Below, in pieces: positions 49,710-64,000 of a stretch of 64,000 bases of DNA. The position numbers were made by a program, and so were the translations under genes. The notes beneath the pieces were generated by a model. The model saw nothing but the letters and a program-made list of their open reading frames with translations, did not search any database and was not told the origin of the DNA. The stretch is from the human T2T-CHM13v2.0 reference genome, Homo sapiens, in assembly GCF_009914755.1 (NCBI RefSeq), contig NC_060928.1. One strand, given 5' to 3'. The stretch's first letter is position 1. Every line of letters starts with the position of its first letter.

Positions 49710-50953
49710 GGAACCTCCACTATTTTCAACAATGTCCTTATTCATGAACTTCTGCATTTTCTAGTAAATAAGGTCAGTCTCCTCAGTCAGAGCTAAGACC
49801 TCTTGGTCCTTCTGAGTAGAACATCTGTGACACTATACAGGAGTTGGAACTGGGAACAGTGAACCACTCTACTGGAGTGATATCTCCTTTCTACAAGAGG
49901 GTATGGAATGAAGACAGTAGACCGTGGTCTTCTTGGCTTGCTCCTCCTGGCATAGAACCTCTGATCTATAAGCACACTGGGGCAAGGAAAACAGAGGACT
50001 CAGTAATCTAGGCGTGTTGTGCCTGGGGAAGAACTCTCACCCTATGAGTGGAAGCTGGGTGGTTGACCTGGTTCATGGTAACACAAAATATAGTTTTTAT
50101 GACAGGAAGCTGGAGATGGAATTAGGTAAGTCTGATATTTGTTCTTATTCGGGTGAATCCATCGCACTAGCCTCAGAGCTTGGGGTTGAGTGAACCCTCT
50201 TTTTCCTGGTCTCATCTGTACAGAATATAGACAGTATCATGGATAAAGGTCAAGTGCCACAGATTTTTTTCTCTTCTACCAAGATTTAGAAGATTTGTTC
50301 CGGTAAATATTTCTCCAATTGTTGTATGATCTTAGGACAATCGTCAGCAACATTAAACATTTTTAAATTTTTCATCATTTGAATTGTTGTTGTGTGGAGA
50401 AAAGGGTCTGTCAAGCTCTTCATATAGTTACTCTGAAACTTCCATCCCCATGGCATTTTGAAGAAAAAGAAAAATGTGGTATTTTGAAGGAGAAGAAAAA
50501 CACTATCAGATATTCAAGCCTATTATAAAGCTGTGGAAATTAAAATAGATACTAAGCAGTGAAGTAGAATAGAGAGGCCAAATCACCTTTTCAGTAGCTT
50601 TTGTTGGGTCCATTGATACCCATGTAAAAATGATGTATCTTTATCACTACCTCAAACTGTACCCTAAAGCCAATTTCAGATTGATTTAAGATGTCAATGT
50701 CAAAGAGATATCAATAGATCTATTAAAGGAAAACACAGACCGATGACTTGTGACCACAGAATCAGCAAACTTACTTTAAAAATTGAATAAGTTAAAAATA
50801 TTTGATATATAAGACATTAAAAATAAGAGTGTCTACTCTTCCAAAAACACCATTAAAAGAATGAAAACACAAATCCTTTATTTATTTGGAGAATATATTT
50901 GCAAAATGTATCTATGGGAAAAGATTCATATACAGTGCGAAATATATAGGACT

Positions 50954-51741
<788 letters not shown>

Positions 51742-52974
51742 GGCAATCAACTTTTTAATTATCAGAGAAATGGAAATTTAATCTGCAATTTGATAATATT
51801 TTCCAAACAGTATGGCTAAAATTAAAATTTTGGAATGTATCAAAGGTTAGCAAGGATATGGATTAATTAGAACTCTATTATATTGGTGTTAGTTGTGGAA
51901 ATTGGTCGAAAAACATTGGATAATTGCTTTGATCTGTCTGCTAAACAGGAGCATGTCATGTATTCTGATGAATTGCAATCTGAGTTATAGGCTAGACATA
52001 AGTGCCTCCATATTTTTACTGAGGGACATGAACTAATATGTTCATAGAAATATGCATCATGGTAGCTGAAAGCTGGCACCCACCATATAAATGCTCATCA
52101 GTGTTAGCCTAGATCAATAACTTACAGCATATTCACATGCTGAAATAGTATAAAGGAATAAGAAAGAATGTTCTACAAATGTTTGCTACAACATGGATAA
52201 ACTTACCAAAAAATGAATGAAATAAATCAGCTACAAAATAGTACATACATATTACATTATTCCACTTATATAAAGCAAAAAACAGGTGAAAGTAATCTAT
52301 GCTGTTAAAACTGAGGATAGAATTTATTCTTGCAGAGGGGTTAAAAAGGGGAAGCAACACAAAGTATACATATTTTATTTACATGCAATTTTTAATAATA
52401 TAAAACACAGAAAGAATTAGGTAACAAAAAATGTAAGTTTCAAAAACAAGACCTTCAGAAACCTTTTCCTATGTACTTCTCAGCCAACCTTAACTACATT
52501 AGCTTTTTTCCTTATTTGGGTGTGGAAACAAGTCATGCCTTCTGAAATATACTTCTAAAATTCAGTACCCAAATATATGTTTAATTATGGTAGGTGGAGA
52601 TGTATCTGTTTTAGTCCATAGCATATTTTTAATATAAAATGAGAGGTTTACGAAATAAAACTAACAATCTAAGTAAAAAGTTGAGTCAGGAAAATTACTG
52701 TACAAAACGAAAGTCATCTAATTATAGATAGATAGGAAACTATACTACAGAGTGCACAGGAAACAGATTAAATATGTAAAAACAGCTTGCTCATCATTAA
52801 TTAATAGCACCAGTATTTTGAAATAATAGGAAATATTGACTTGGGAAAGAAATGTAGCATAAAACACAATTCCCTTAGTTATTTTTAAATCATCTTGATT
52901 TAAATGCAGGCAAGCAGTGTATATTACCTCTCCAATTTATGTATCATGTTGGCTCTAAGTTCAATAACATTTAA

Positions 52975-55900
52975 AAAATTATTTTAAAACAGTTTTGGTG
53001 AGGTATAAAGTCCATACTTTGTACAGATTTCTTTTTTTTCCCCACAGTTCTTTTTCTGTAGTAGAGTCCCATCTGGGAGACCACATTACAGGTGGTCGTG
53101 TCTTCTTAGGCTCTTCTTGGCTGTGACTATTTTGCAGGCTTTCCTGACTTTTGATGGCCTTGATATAATTGAGGAATGTTGCTCAGGTGTTTTGTAAAAG
53201 TTTCTCTAATTGGGGGTTTTCTTTTTGAGGTTAAACAGAGTTTTGAGTATGAAGGAGGAAAATGACAGAAGTAAAGTACCGTTTTTATCACACCATGTCT
53301 AGGGTGCATGATGTCAACATGACATATCTATGATGAGGCTAGCCTTTGTCACTTGGCTTAGGTAGTCTTTCTCAGATTTCTCTACTGTAATGTGACTCTC
53401 CCTTCCTCATTTCCATACTGTCACCATTGGAAATAAGACTGTGTATGTCCCAAAGTTAAGGGGTGGGCAGTTGAGCGCTGATCCAAACATTTTTATGCAG
53501 GTTTTGTGTAGACATGTTTACAATTCCACTGTATAAATACATAGAAAGATTTCTGGATCTCGTAGTAAGACTATATCTAGCTTTATAAGAAAGTGCCAAA
53601 CTGTCTTTGAAAATGGTTGGACTATTTTGCATTCATAGCAGCAATGAAAAAGAGTTCTTGCTCTGCATTCTCTGCACAATTTGGATTTTATAGTTTTGAG
53701 GTTTTAGCCAGTTTAACAATTGTATAGTGGTTTCTCATTTATTGTTTTTAATTTTCATTTCCCCAGTAACAAATATATGCATTTTTTTCATATTTTATTT
53801 ATAGTTCATTTATCTTCTTTGGTGAGGTGTCATCTGTTTGGATCTATGTTTTCTTTCTAATTGGGGTTTTTCTTTCTTATTACTGAGTTGTAAGAGCTCT
53901 TTGTATAGCTTCATAATCAGTCTTTTACCAAATACTTGATTTACAAAAGTTTTTACAGTTTGAAACTTGTATTTCTTAATAATACGGTCTTAGAACAAAA
54001 ATGTTTTAATTTAAAGTTTAACAATGTTTCTATTCATAGATTATATTTTTTGTATTGAATCTAAGAATTCATTACCAGTCCCATCTTCTGTAGATTTTTT
54101 CCCATGTTTTCACCAAAAAGTGTTATAATTTTTCATTTTACATTGATGTCTATGACTCATTTTGAGATGATTGTATAAGAATTTATTTTAGATTCTTTTC
54201 ATATAGACATCCAATTGTTCCAGCAAAAATTTTAGCCATTCTCCATCAAAGTGTCATTTTGCCTTTGTCAAAATTGGTTGAATATATTTATATGGATTCA
54301 TCTCTCTTTCTGATCTCTCTATTCGATTTCACTGATCAATGTATTTATTCTCTCACCAGAATCCTTCTGTCTTGACTAAAGTAGCTTTATGATAATCGGA
54401 AAATTGGGTCATGTGGGTCTTCTATTTTTGTTCTTTTTCAGAATTGTGTTGGCTATTTCAGGTTCTTTGCTTCTGTATCCAGCTAAGAACCAGGATGTCA
54501 GTATCTCTAAAAACCTTATTGAGATTTTGACTGTGATTGTACTGAATCTACAGATCACTCTGACAAATTAACTTCTTAATAATAAGTCTTCTGATTCATG
54601 AACATAGAATAACTTTCCATTTATTTAGGTCTTTAATTTTTTCAATCAGTGTTTTATATCTTTCCATATATAAATCCTGTACACTTGTACATATTTTGGA
54701 AGATTTTTGCCCAAGTACTTCCAGTTTTTATAAAATTTAAAATTGCATTAAACAACTCCACTTTTACATTGTTGATATATAAATAAAAAATTAACTTTTA
54801 TAAATTAATATTGTTTCATATGACCTAGTTATGCTGGCTTACTAGTTCTAGGATTTTTTAGGATACTTTGAAGGTAATTACATAGACATCATGTCATCTG
54901 CAAATTCACAGATTTATTTTTTTCCTTCCAATATATAGACCTTATATCTTATTGGCCTGGCTTATTGCACAAGCTAAGATGTCCAATATAATGTTGAAGA
55001 AGGATCTCAGAAGAGGATATTTTGCCCAGTTCATGATGTTAGAGAGAAAGTATTTCATCTTTAACCATTAAATATAGTGGTAGCTATAAATTTTTCATAT
55101 ATACCATTTATTACATTAAGGAATTTACTTGTTTTTCTTTTGTTCTTATATTTTTGAGAATTTTGTATTTTTAAAGGATGCTAATATTGTCTATTTTTTC
55201 TACATTTACAGAAATAGCCATGCAGTTATTCTGAACTACAAAGACTGGTTTACATATGTTTAATCAGTCTGCATTTTTGTAATGAATTCCCCTATTAAAA
55301 CTACCTGTGATTGTGTTTTATTTTTAGAAGTGTTTAACTCTGAATTGTATAGCTTTTATAGATATGGAACTATTCCAGTTATACATTTTTTTCTTAAGCA
55401 AGTTTAGCAGTTTGTGTCTTCTGTGAAATTTGTACGATCTAAGTAATAAAATTCATGGCATATAGTTTTTCAAAGTATTCCTTTGTTATCCTTTTAGTGT
55501 CTGTTGAATCAGCACTAATGAAACCTCTTTCATGACTGATGTTGTCAATTTGTGTCCTTTCCATTTTTTTCCCAATTAGCCTGACTAGAAGTTTCTTAAT
55601 ATTATTAATTTTTTTTTGAAAAATCAGTTTTGGGTTTTCATAATTTTTTCTATTTTTAAAAATTTGAATTCCTTTTATTTCTGCTATATTTTGTATTATT
55701 TTTATGGTTAATTTAACTTTAATATGCTATTACTTCTGCACTTTTCTAAGGTAGAATTTAGGAAGTTATTAATTGAATTAAGTAATTAATTCTAATTTAA
55801 GTTTTTAAGTCATTAATTTTACTTTATTTTCTTTTTTATATGTGCACTTACTGGTATAAATTTCCCTCATAGGTACTGCTCTTGCTACATCAACCAAATT

Positions 55901-57596
55901 CTCATGTTATTTTCATTCTCATTTAGTTCAAAATATTTTTAAATTTCTCTTGAGGCTTCTTTGACTCATGTGTTATTTGGAAGTGTGTTGATTACTTTCC
56001 AACTATTTGGATATTTCTAGTCATTTTTTTATTATTCTTTTCAAGATTAATTCCATTGCATCCAGAGAAAAATATGTTGCATGATTTCTCTTCTTTTAAA
56101 TTTTTTCAGATGTATTTTATGGCACTTAATTGTGATCTACCTTGGTGAATATCAACGAAAAATTGAGAAATATGTATACTACTGTTTTGGGATGGGATGT
56201 TCTATAGATGTTATTTAGATCAAATGGATTATTTATTTTCAGGTATCTATATCCTTGTTGGTTTTCTGCCTGCTTTACCTATCAATTACGGATGTGAGAC
56301 AGGGGAAGGGATATTAAGTTCTACAATTATGATTATGGATTTGTCACTTTCAAATTTCATTTTCATCAGCTTTAGCCTCAAGTAGTTTGAAGCTTTGTTG
56401 TTAGGTACATACAAGCTAGAATTGTATTATTTTTGGAGAACTGACTTCTTTATCATTATGCAGTGGACCTCTTTATCCATGATAATTTTCTTTCTTCAAA
56501 ATGTTACTTTATCTAAAATACATTTGTTACAGCTTTCTTTTGCTTATCGTTAGCATGGTAACTTTCTCCATGCTTTTAACTTGAAACTGTAAGAATTTTT
56601 ATATTTAAAGTGGGTTTATTGCTGACAGATATAGTTGGGGCTTGTATTTTTATCCAGTCTGACTATAACTATAATTGTTAGAACACTCATATTCAAAGTG
56701 ATTATTGATATAGTTGGATTGCAATGTACTACACTTATTTATAATATTTTTCTATTCATTAAACTTGTTCTTTGTTACTTGTTTTCCAGCTCTTTTCTAC
56801 CTTGTCTGGTTTTTAATTAGGAATTTTATGTGATTCCATTTTATTTGGTATATCAGTTATACTTTTTTTTTTACATTCTTTTGATGAAACTTGGTTTGCA
56901 TTACATGTTGTTAAATAATCTTAGTTCATCTTGAAATAACACATAATGTAGAGATCATATAGTAGTGTGTTTCATATTGTCCCTTCTGTCTTCTGATTCA
57001 TGAACATAGAATACCTTTCCATTTATTTAGGATTAACAATTAACAATTGTTAATCCTAAATAACAATTTAGGATTGTTCTCTTCTGATATTGTTTTCATT
57101 ACCTTAGTTATCCATATTCTATAATCATCCAATATATTGTTATCATTGCTTTAAGCAAACAGATATTAACTCAATTAAGAAAAATAAAAAGAGATTTTTA
57201 CTTTACTTTAAATCATTCTTTCTTTGATATTCTTTTTCATGGAAATTCAGGATTCTGACTTATCCCATTCTCCTTCCTCCTGAAAAACTTTAAGTGTTTC
57301 CTGCATGGGAGGTCTGTTGCCAATAAATATCCTCAGTTTGGGCTTAAGAATGACATTATTTATCATTCATTTCTAAAGTATAATATGTAGACATGAAATT
57401 CTAGATTGGTAGGATTTATTTTTCAATACTTTAAAGATTTGTCTCTATTATCTTCTTGTTTCCATTATTTCAGTAAAGAATTGGCTGTCATTCTTATCCT
57501 AAGGGTTCTGTAAGTGCCTCTCATCCAGCAGCTTCCTTCCAGACTTTCTATTTGTCTTTTTTTCCCCTCCACAGTTTTAGTACAATGTTTTTATGT

Positions 57597-57637
<41 letters not shown>

Positions 57638-57950
57638 AATCTTTACCATAGTTGGTGTTTTCTGAGCATCCTGATCTGTGGATTAATTTCGTGTCCTCAA
57701 TTTTGGTCATTATTACTTTCTAGTTTCTTTCCCTCTAGTATTCCCATTACATATATGTTACTCTTTTGATATTGTTCCACAATTCCTGAGTGTTCTTGAA
57801 TGTTTATTTCTTTATCTTTTTTTTTCTTTTTGTGTTACAGCTGAGAAGTTACTATAGACTTGTCTTCAAGGTCAGTTATTCTTTCCTCACTTGAGTTTAC
57901 TGACTACCTCTTCAAAAGCATTAATTTCTGCTAATATGTTTTAGGCTTTA
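52975..57950 (-). mobile_element. Long old L1MC/MD element with internal deletions
   Basis: Continuous antisense L1M 3'UTR, ORF2 and upstream blocks (GGCTCTTCTTGGCTGTGAC; CATCATGTCATCTGCAAAT; TTGTTAGGTACATACA). (TG)n at ~57597-57635. Confidence 0.8.
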
Positions 57951-58169
57951 AAAACATTTAAGAAAATTTCTACCTTTTAAAAAACTCCTTTTTGTTTCCA
58001 GTGTGTATACAGTTTCCATCTGTATTTCCAGAACTAGTTTGTGTAGATACCAAACCAGATTTTTGTTTTACGAAATTCACCAGTGAAACAATATTGTGCT
58101 GAGTTTCTCTGTAGAAAGGTTGTTGACAATGAAGCCAATATAGAACTATTTGTATTTTCTGTTTCATCT

Positions 58170-59325
58170 TGTGTCACTTTGTTAATGTGTTTTTTTAAAA
58201 ATTTATTAATTATACTTAAGTTATCATAAAGGTGTCATAAACATGTTTATACTATTTTTTGAGCTATTATATGTCTACAGAATTTACAGGAATAATCTCT
58301 CTGCTGTTCTTGATATTGATCATTTCCATTCACTTAGTTTTTTCTTGATTGATCCACCTAGGTTTTTACCCATTTTCCTGCTGTTTGAAATGATAAACTT
58401 ATTCTGTTCCTTTTTTTCTGTATCCTTTAGTTTGAAATATTCAGTAACTTATATTGTGATTACTTCTTTATGCATGGATTATTTAGAAGTTGTTTAGTTT
58501 ACAAATTATTGCATCTCATAATATATTATTATTATGTATTTAAACATTAATTTTATTGTTATCAATCAATATAGTAAGTGTGATTTCTTTTTTTAAGTAT
58601 TTAGAGTTGTTTCTTAATGCTGTACATGATCTCACACTGAGCATGTACCATGTGCCATGAGTTTTCTGCCTCTGTTAGGTGTATTGTTTCAAGTATACAT
58701 TTGGTCATACTGCATGACAGAGGTTTTAAGAATACCTATTTCTTTAATAATTTTTTCTCTAGTTGTTCTATGTGGTATTTCATTATATGGCTGTGCCAAG
58801 TTTTGGTTATCCATTTACCAGTTGATAAACAATGGATTATTTTCAGGTTTTGGCTCTTATGTAAAATCTCTCTATAATCACCAAGTACATATCTTTGTGT
58901 GGTTATATGTTTTTATTTCTCTTAGGTCACATGGAAAATTTATGTTCAAATTTTTATAAAAACAAGCACACTATTTCTGAAATTGTCTACAACATATTAC
59001 ATTTCCACAAGCAACATGTAATACCTTGCTTTTTCACATCTTCATCAAAAGTCAGTATTGTCTTTATTTTACAATAGTTTTCCTTGTACATATAGTGGTA
59101 TTTCTTTCTGGTTTAAATTTACATTTCCCTAATGACTAATAATGTTGAAAACTTTTTCATAAGCCTTTAAGCCACTCATAGATCTTTACTGAATGTCTAC
59201 ACAAATCTTTTGTCCATTTTATGGGTTTTGGCTTCCTATTAACAAGTTATAAGAATTTATTAGATATTCTGAATACAAGTCCTTTACAGATATATTATTT
59301 GTAAGTATTTTCTTCCAGTCTGTAG
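58170..59325 (-). mobile_element. L1M fragments
   Basis: TTTCCCTAATGACTAATAATGTTGA and other antisense ORF2-end motifs. (CA)n follows at 59328-59361. Confidence 0.7.
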
Positions 59326-59363
<38 letters not shown>

Positions 59364-60093
59364 CATATATAAATATCTTAAGAAGAGAAAATTGATTGAA
59401 ATAAATACCTAGTTAAAATATAAGAGCTAAGGAATCTCTGCTCATAGCAGGTAGAAGAAAATTGCTGCAGAGATAATTCTTCCTAAAATAAATAACCAAA
59501 AAAAAAAATCAAATTGGCTCAAAACTAACAATCCACAAATTTGTAGACTAAATTGAGGCCTGGGGGAGTCAGCAGGATGACTAATTAAAAATGAATTCAA
59601 TAAAGCTGTGAAAATTGGAATAAGCATCTGTCTTGAATAGACTACACATTTAAATATATGAATCAGGAGGCTTGAAAATGATGTTATTATTTCATTTGTT
59701 TTTATCTATGTTCATTAAAGTACGCTGTGCTGATAATATATTTTTAAATTATCTTTTTATTTCAGAATTGTCATTTTATAATCATTTTATACATGTCAGT
59801 AGATACTTTGTATTTTCTTGTTCATATATATTTTAGATTTTAATCATGAAACATTAACATTTATTAATATAAAATAGCTACTGAAAAAAGATAGAAAAAT
59901 GAGAGACAAAATAAAGCTAATAAAACATATATGCTAGTAGTGAGGGCATCTTTCTCAAAATTTTGATATCTGAAATGCCTCAAATAATATAGCCACATTT
60001 TCTTGATTATCAGGGAAATGTCTGCTATATTGTATAAATTATGTATTCAGGAATAAGCATGAAGTGATTCAAAATGGCATTTCATTTGAAATG

Positions 60094-60295
60094 TAGTAAG
60101 TCCTCACCTGATGTCATTGATAGTTTCTTGAAAACTGCAAATTTAAGTGAAACGATATACTGTGAAATGAAACCAATTTTACGATAGGCTAATTGATATA
60201 AACAAGAGTTAAGTTGCTATGGCATACAGCACATCATTTTGCTTAAAGTCAGAGTTTCCAAGAACCTATCAACAACACTAAATGAGGACTTACTA
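60094..60295. mobile_element. MER6B-like TcMar-Tigger MITE
   Basis: TIRs AGTAAGTCCTCA...TGAGGACTTACT with extended internal inverted symmetry; TA target site on the right. Confidence 0.85.
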
Positions 60296-61734
60296 TAGAT
60301 GTGTCAAATATCTGGCTCATCTGATCATGAACTATCTAATTAGAAAAGAAGGAAAAACCACCTCTACTTTTCTGACCTAGAATAACTTATATTCTATTTT
60401 GTTAGGAAGATGAGAGAAGAAGAAAGTATGGATATAAAACAAGACTGAGCTCTGCTTCCCATTAGAGTACAAGAGGATGGTGTCATACACAATTATATAC
60501 ATGGAAAAATGATTTTATTTTTCCTTTGTGCCTCCCTGGTGAAAGACATGCCTGCCTTCACTGGAAATCAATATTGTAGTTATCATTGGCTTATTGAACA
60601 TGTCAATATGCAATTGTCTTGCTTTATCCAAAAATCTTTAATCATTTCTAAATTATTAGATGAAATACATAAATACAAGTCGATTAAGCTATACAGAGAA
60701 ATAAATATGAAAAAGTTTTATCTATATAAGACCTCAAAATTTGATAAAGTGTAAATTGCCCTGTTTTATAATTGCGTTTATTTAAAGACCTGCTATTTAT
60801 ATTTTTCTCCACACACTTTATGAAAAGAGCAAAAATCAGATGTGCATACCAAGTGTGCAAGTTCAGCTCCTAAAGGTCAAAGTTTATTCACTATACAACT
60901 TTACTAAACCTTACTCTTCTGCTTTTCTATACACAATTTCCTTGGAAAATACCCAAATAAGCAAATCATATTTTACCTCATGCAGTGATTATTAGACTAT
61001 CATCTTTATCGGTCACATCTTAGACTATCATATTTACTGGTCATGTCTCTCCATTTTCAATACTCTGCAACAGGAATCAGATGTTACTGCCTAACTGACC
61101 TTGTTTCAGAGGCATTTTCATTATGATATCTCCTATTTAGAAATATTAGATTCTCATCTATTTTGGTTAGGACAAAGTAAACATGCTTTATATCAGATCT
61201 TAAAATGTATTGAAATCTAGCCTCACACTACACAGATATTAATCTGAAAAATAGACTTTAGCATTCTTCTCATCATTTCGTTTGTACATTAAGTCATTCC
61301 TCTTACCAGAAGCTTTCTTCCTTTCCCTCCTTACTGGTATTTAACTATGATTCATTCTTTTAAAGGCTGCTCTAGCTGCTCTAGCAAAGTTAAGCACAGA
61401 TTTTTCCCACTCCATGAAGTTTTCTGGAGCTGCACTGACTGTTGCTTCCTCAACCCCCGTACATGTCTCATTCAGTAAAAATTTCATCTCATTGAGGTAT
61501 ATTTACTTGTATTTTTATTTTTTCCATAAATTTATTCTAAACCTCTAAATAAATGTGCTATTTTTTGTGGCTTAAAGGCACTACCTAGGAAAATATACCC
61601 ATATATAAATACCTCCAAAACCATATTTTTTAAAAGAGGGTGATGAACTTATCTTAGCACTGCAGAATCACTCCATTTGTAATACCATGACTTTGTGTTC
61701 ACGGTATTCAGTGCTTTACATATATTGGTGGTAA

Positions 61735-61905
61735 TACTAGTCATAGTAATAATGACAATAGACAACACTTATGTGTGTTAACCACTGTTTTGAGCATGAC
61801 TCATGTATTAACTCTTAATTCTCATAAGGTCTCTGTTACACAGTTGGAAACATTGCTGCACGTTTATCTAAGGCAATTAGCCCAGGAAATCTGGCTCCAG
61901 ATTAC
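61735..61905 (-). mobile_element. MIR fragment
   Basis: AACACTTAT...CACTGTTTTGAGCA...CATGTATTAACTC...TAATTCTCATAA...CCCAGG..TCTGGCTCCAGA. Confidence 0.65.
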
Positions 61906-62111
61906 ATTCTTACCACAATACTGACTCTCCATAAAGTGTAAACTTGATTGAATTGATTATTTAAACATATATACAAATCCATTAAGAACTGAATTGTATA
62001 CGTCTTAAAATTCATTGTTCCATATACATAACAATGCTTTAAAATCAGCAGTGCCAAATATGAAAAACTATTGTATATTTTCATGTTAGGTAAAGCTATG
62101 TTTTTCCTTTC

Positions 62112-62113
<2 letters not shown>

Positions 62114-62156
<43 letters not shown>
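62114..62156. repeat. (CA)n perfect microsatellite
   Basis: Seen directly. Confidence 0.95.
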
Positions 62157-62161
<5 letters not shown>

Positions 62162-62724
62162 AGATAACGTGTTTCTCTTTTAGACCAATAATAATGAAAT
62201 ACATTATGAACACTGGACTTCATAAATGGTAATTGATTTGGCACATGATTTATTGCCCTCTATAACAACCTTCCCAAATTTTCTGAACAAACAGATCAAC
62301 AGAAAGCTCTTTCTTCACTCTTGTTTATCTGTATTATGAATAGGCTTAAAATATCACTTTGGAGACATCACTTTTAAATAACTTTGTTGTTCCATCAATT
62401 TCTGTCCATGTAGGAGTAAGAAGAAACATTAATCAGACCTTCACTGGGTCTGCTCTCTGCTCCATCTAAAGAAGAAAAAAATGGCTTCTCTGAAGATTCA
62501 GGCAGCCCATTCATTTCTAATAAGTAGAGGGCTATGATTGGTTTTTCACATATGTCTTTAGTTACAATTATTAAGAATTATTTTTGGGAGAGTAATGAAG
62601 TCACCAATATGGAAGAGTAAGACATAGCATATTCTATCCCCCACAATAAAACAAATAAAGACATCTAACCACAAACAAAATAGTCCTGGGCGAGCCAAAG
62701 AACCCATTTAAAAATATGCAGCAA

Positions 62725-62811
62725 TGGTCTCAAACTCCTGGGCTTGGGCAGTCCTCCTGCCTTGCCCTCCTAAAGTGTTGGGGTTGCAGGTGTCAGCCAC
62801 TGTGCCCAGCC
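62725..62811 (-). mobile_element. FLAM/AluJ left-monomer fragment
   Basis: TGGTCTCAAACTCCTGGGCT...CCTCCTGCCTTG...AGCCACTGTGCCCAGCC. Confidence 0.85.
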
Positions 62812-62984
62812 ATACAGTTTTTAAAATAACACATGGTCTTATATTTGACATAATATAGCAAATTAGGCTATCTTTACTTTTTTCTGTTTCAAACAATGTT
62901 TAATAATTATATTTCCTTAGATAACTGTTTCTGTTATGAAAAAACCTGAAAACAAAATAATTAGTGTTTCTATTTATATTCTAA

Positions 62985-63098
62985 CTGGGAGGCATTTGGG
63001 TTATGGGGGCGGATCTCTCATGGCATGATGCTGTCTTCTCAATAGTAACTGACTTCTCATGGGATATGGTTGTTTAAAAGTGTGTGACACCCCACCTC
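62985..63098 (+). mobile_element. MST-type MaLR LTR fragment interrupted by the next LTR
   Basis: TTTGGGTTATGGGGGCGGATCTCTCATGG...GGTTGTTTAAAAGTGTGTGACACC. Confidence 0.75.
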
Positions 63099-63998
63099 TG
63101 TAGGGAGATGCCCTGAAACTATTGCTACAGAATAAAAGATGAAATTCTCCTGATTATTGTAAATACAAGATTGCATGCAGGATTGTGTAAAGACAATGCC
63201 AGGTTGGACTGCCAGAACGAGCCAACAGTGCGTGATGTGCTTCCTCCTGCAGAGAGCCTATGAACGGATGTGCAGTCAGGGAGGTTTCACATCACCAAGA
63301 TTCCTATCCCAGAAAAGCAGATGTTTATAGCTCTAGGAATGGAATGCGACCCTTGTGGAGAGCCTATAAACGGACGCATGGGGGGTGCCTGTCCATATGG
63401 ATAAGATAGGGCTATAAACACCCTCATCTTGCCACGGCTCTTCTAGGCCTCTTTAGGGTTAAGGCATACTCCCTTCTGAGAATTTCTGGTCTAACCTGTT
63501 GTCTAGCTTCACGTCCTGTTTCTATGGATTGTTTGTAACCAGCTTTTGCTGCAACTGTTACTGCTGATTAATGTCTTGCTAATCATAGGCTATGGAAAGA
63601 TTGTGTTTCTGTTTTAAGGCTCTGTTAGAAATTACTGACGCACACACTATATTGTAAATTCTTATCTCTGTATACTGTACTTCTACATACAAATGTACTG
63701 TACTTCTACATACAAATGTTATGTTAAAGAATTACTTTATCCCCAAGTGACCATCTCACTTCATCATCAAATGACCCTAAATCTCTCACTAACCTACCCC
63801 TGCCCTCACTAAACTTAATAATAAATGCTGATATATCCAGTGCATTGTTAGCACCACAGGACCAGAAGGCGATGACCCCCCCTGGACCCAGCTTTCACTA
63901 TCTTGTGTGTGTCTATTATTTCTCAACCTGCTGATCTGCCTAGGAACAAAGAGAGAGCTCCGTTGTATTGAGGGCTGCTGGCCAGATCCCGCAATACA
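63099..63998 (+). mobile_element. ERV solo LTR, ~900 bp (LTR25-like)
   Basis: Starts TGTAGGGAGATGCCCTGAAACTATTGCTAC; AATAAA near 63820; ends CCAGATCCCGCAATA(CA), followed by sequence matching the left flank CACCTC. The right end is 63996 or 63998 depending on a 6- or 4-bp TSD. Confidence 0.8.
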
Positions 63999-64000
63999 CC

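Noticed and set aside
60992-61048. 28-bp diverged tandem duplication (similar small ones at ~19971-20013, ~20112-20140, ~50455-50500, ~63673-63718)
   Set aside because: Ordinary slippage duplications with no functional signal.

Overview
This is primate (probably human) AT-rich intergenic DNA; it is not microbial. Roughly half or more is interspersed repeat: L1 of many ages, Alu, MIR/L2, MaLR/ERV solo LTRs and DNA transposon MITEs. I see no intact protein-coding gene, RNA gene or CRISPR array. The one host-gene-derived sequence is a heavily decayed, 3'-truncated ADAM20/21-family (testis metalloprotease-disintegrin) pseudogene at ~42948-44660 (+). It keeps a splice acceptor but has lost its start codon and Zn-site residues. 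Other notable structures are a twin-primed, 5'-inverted L1PA3 with TSDs and an open RT frame, an old ~330-bp direct duplication of apparently unique sequence with a 19-bp invariant core, several short local templated-copy or fold-back scars, and a very young AluY with 3 of 5 Ya5 diagnostics. Repeat subfamily names come from recalled consensus sequences, not from a search, and boundaries of old repeats are approximate. I found no evidence of a new biological system.
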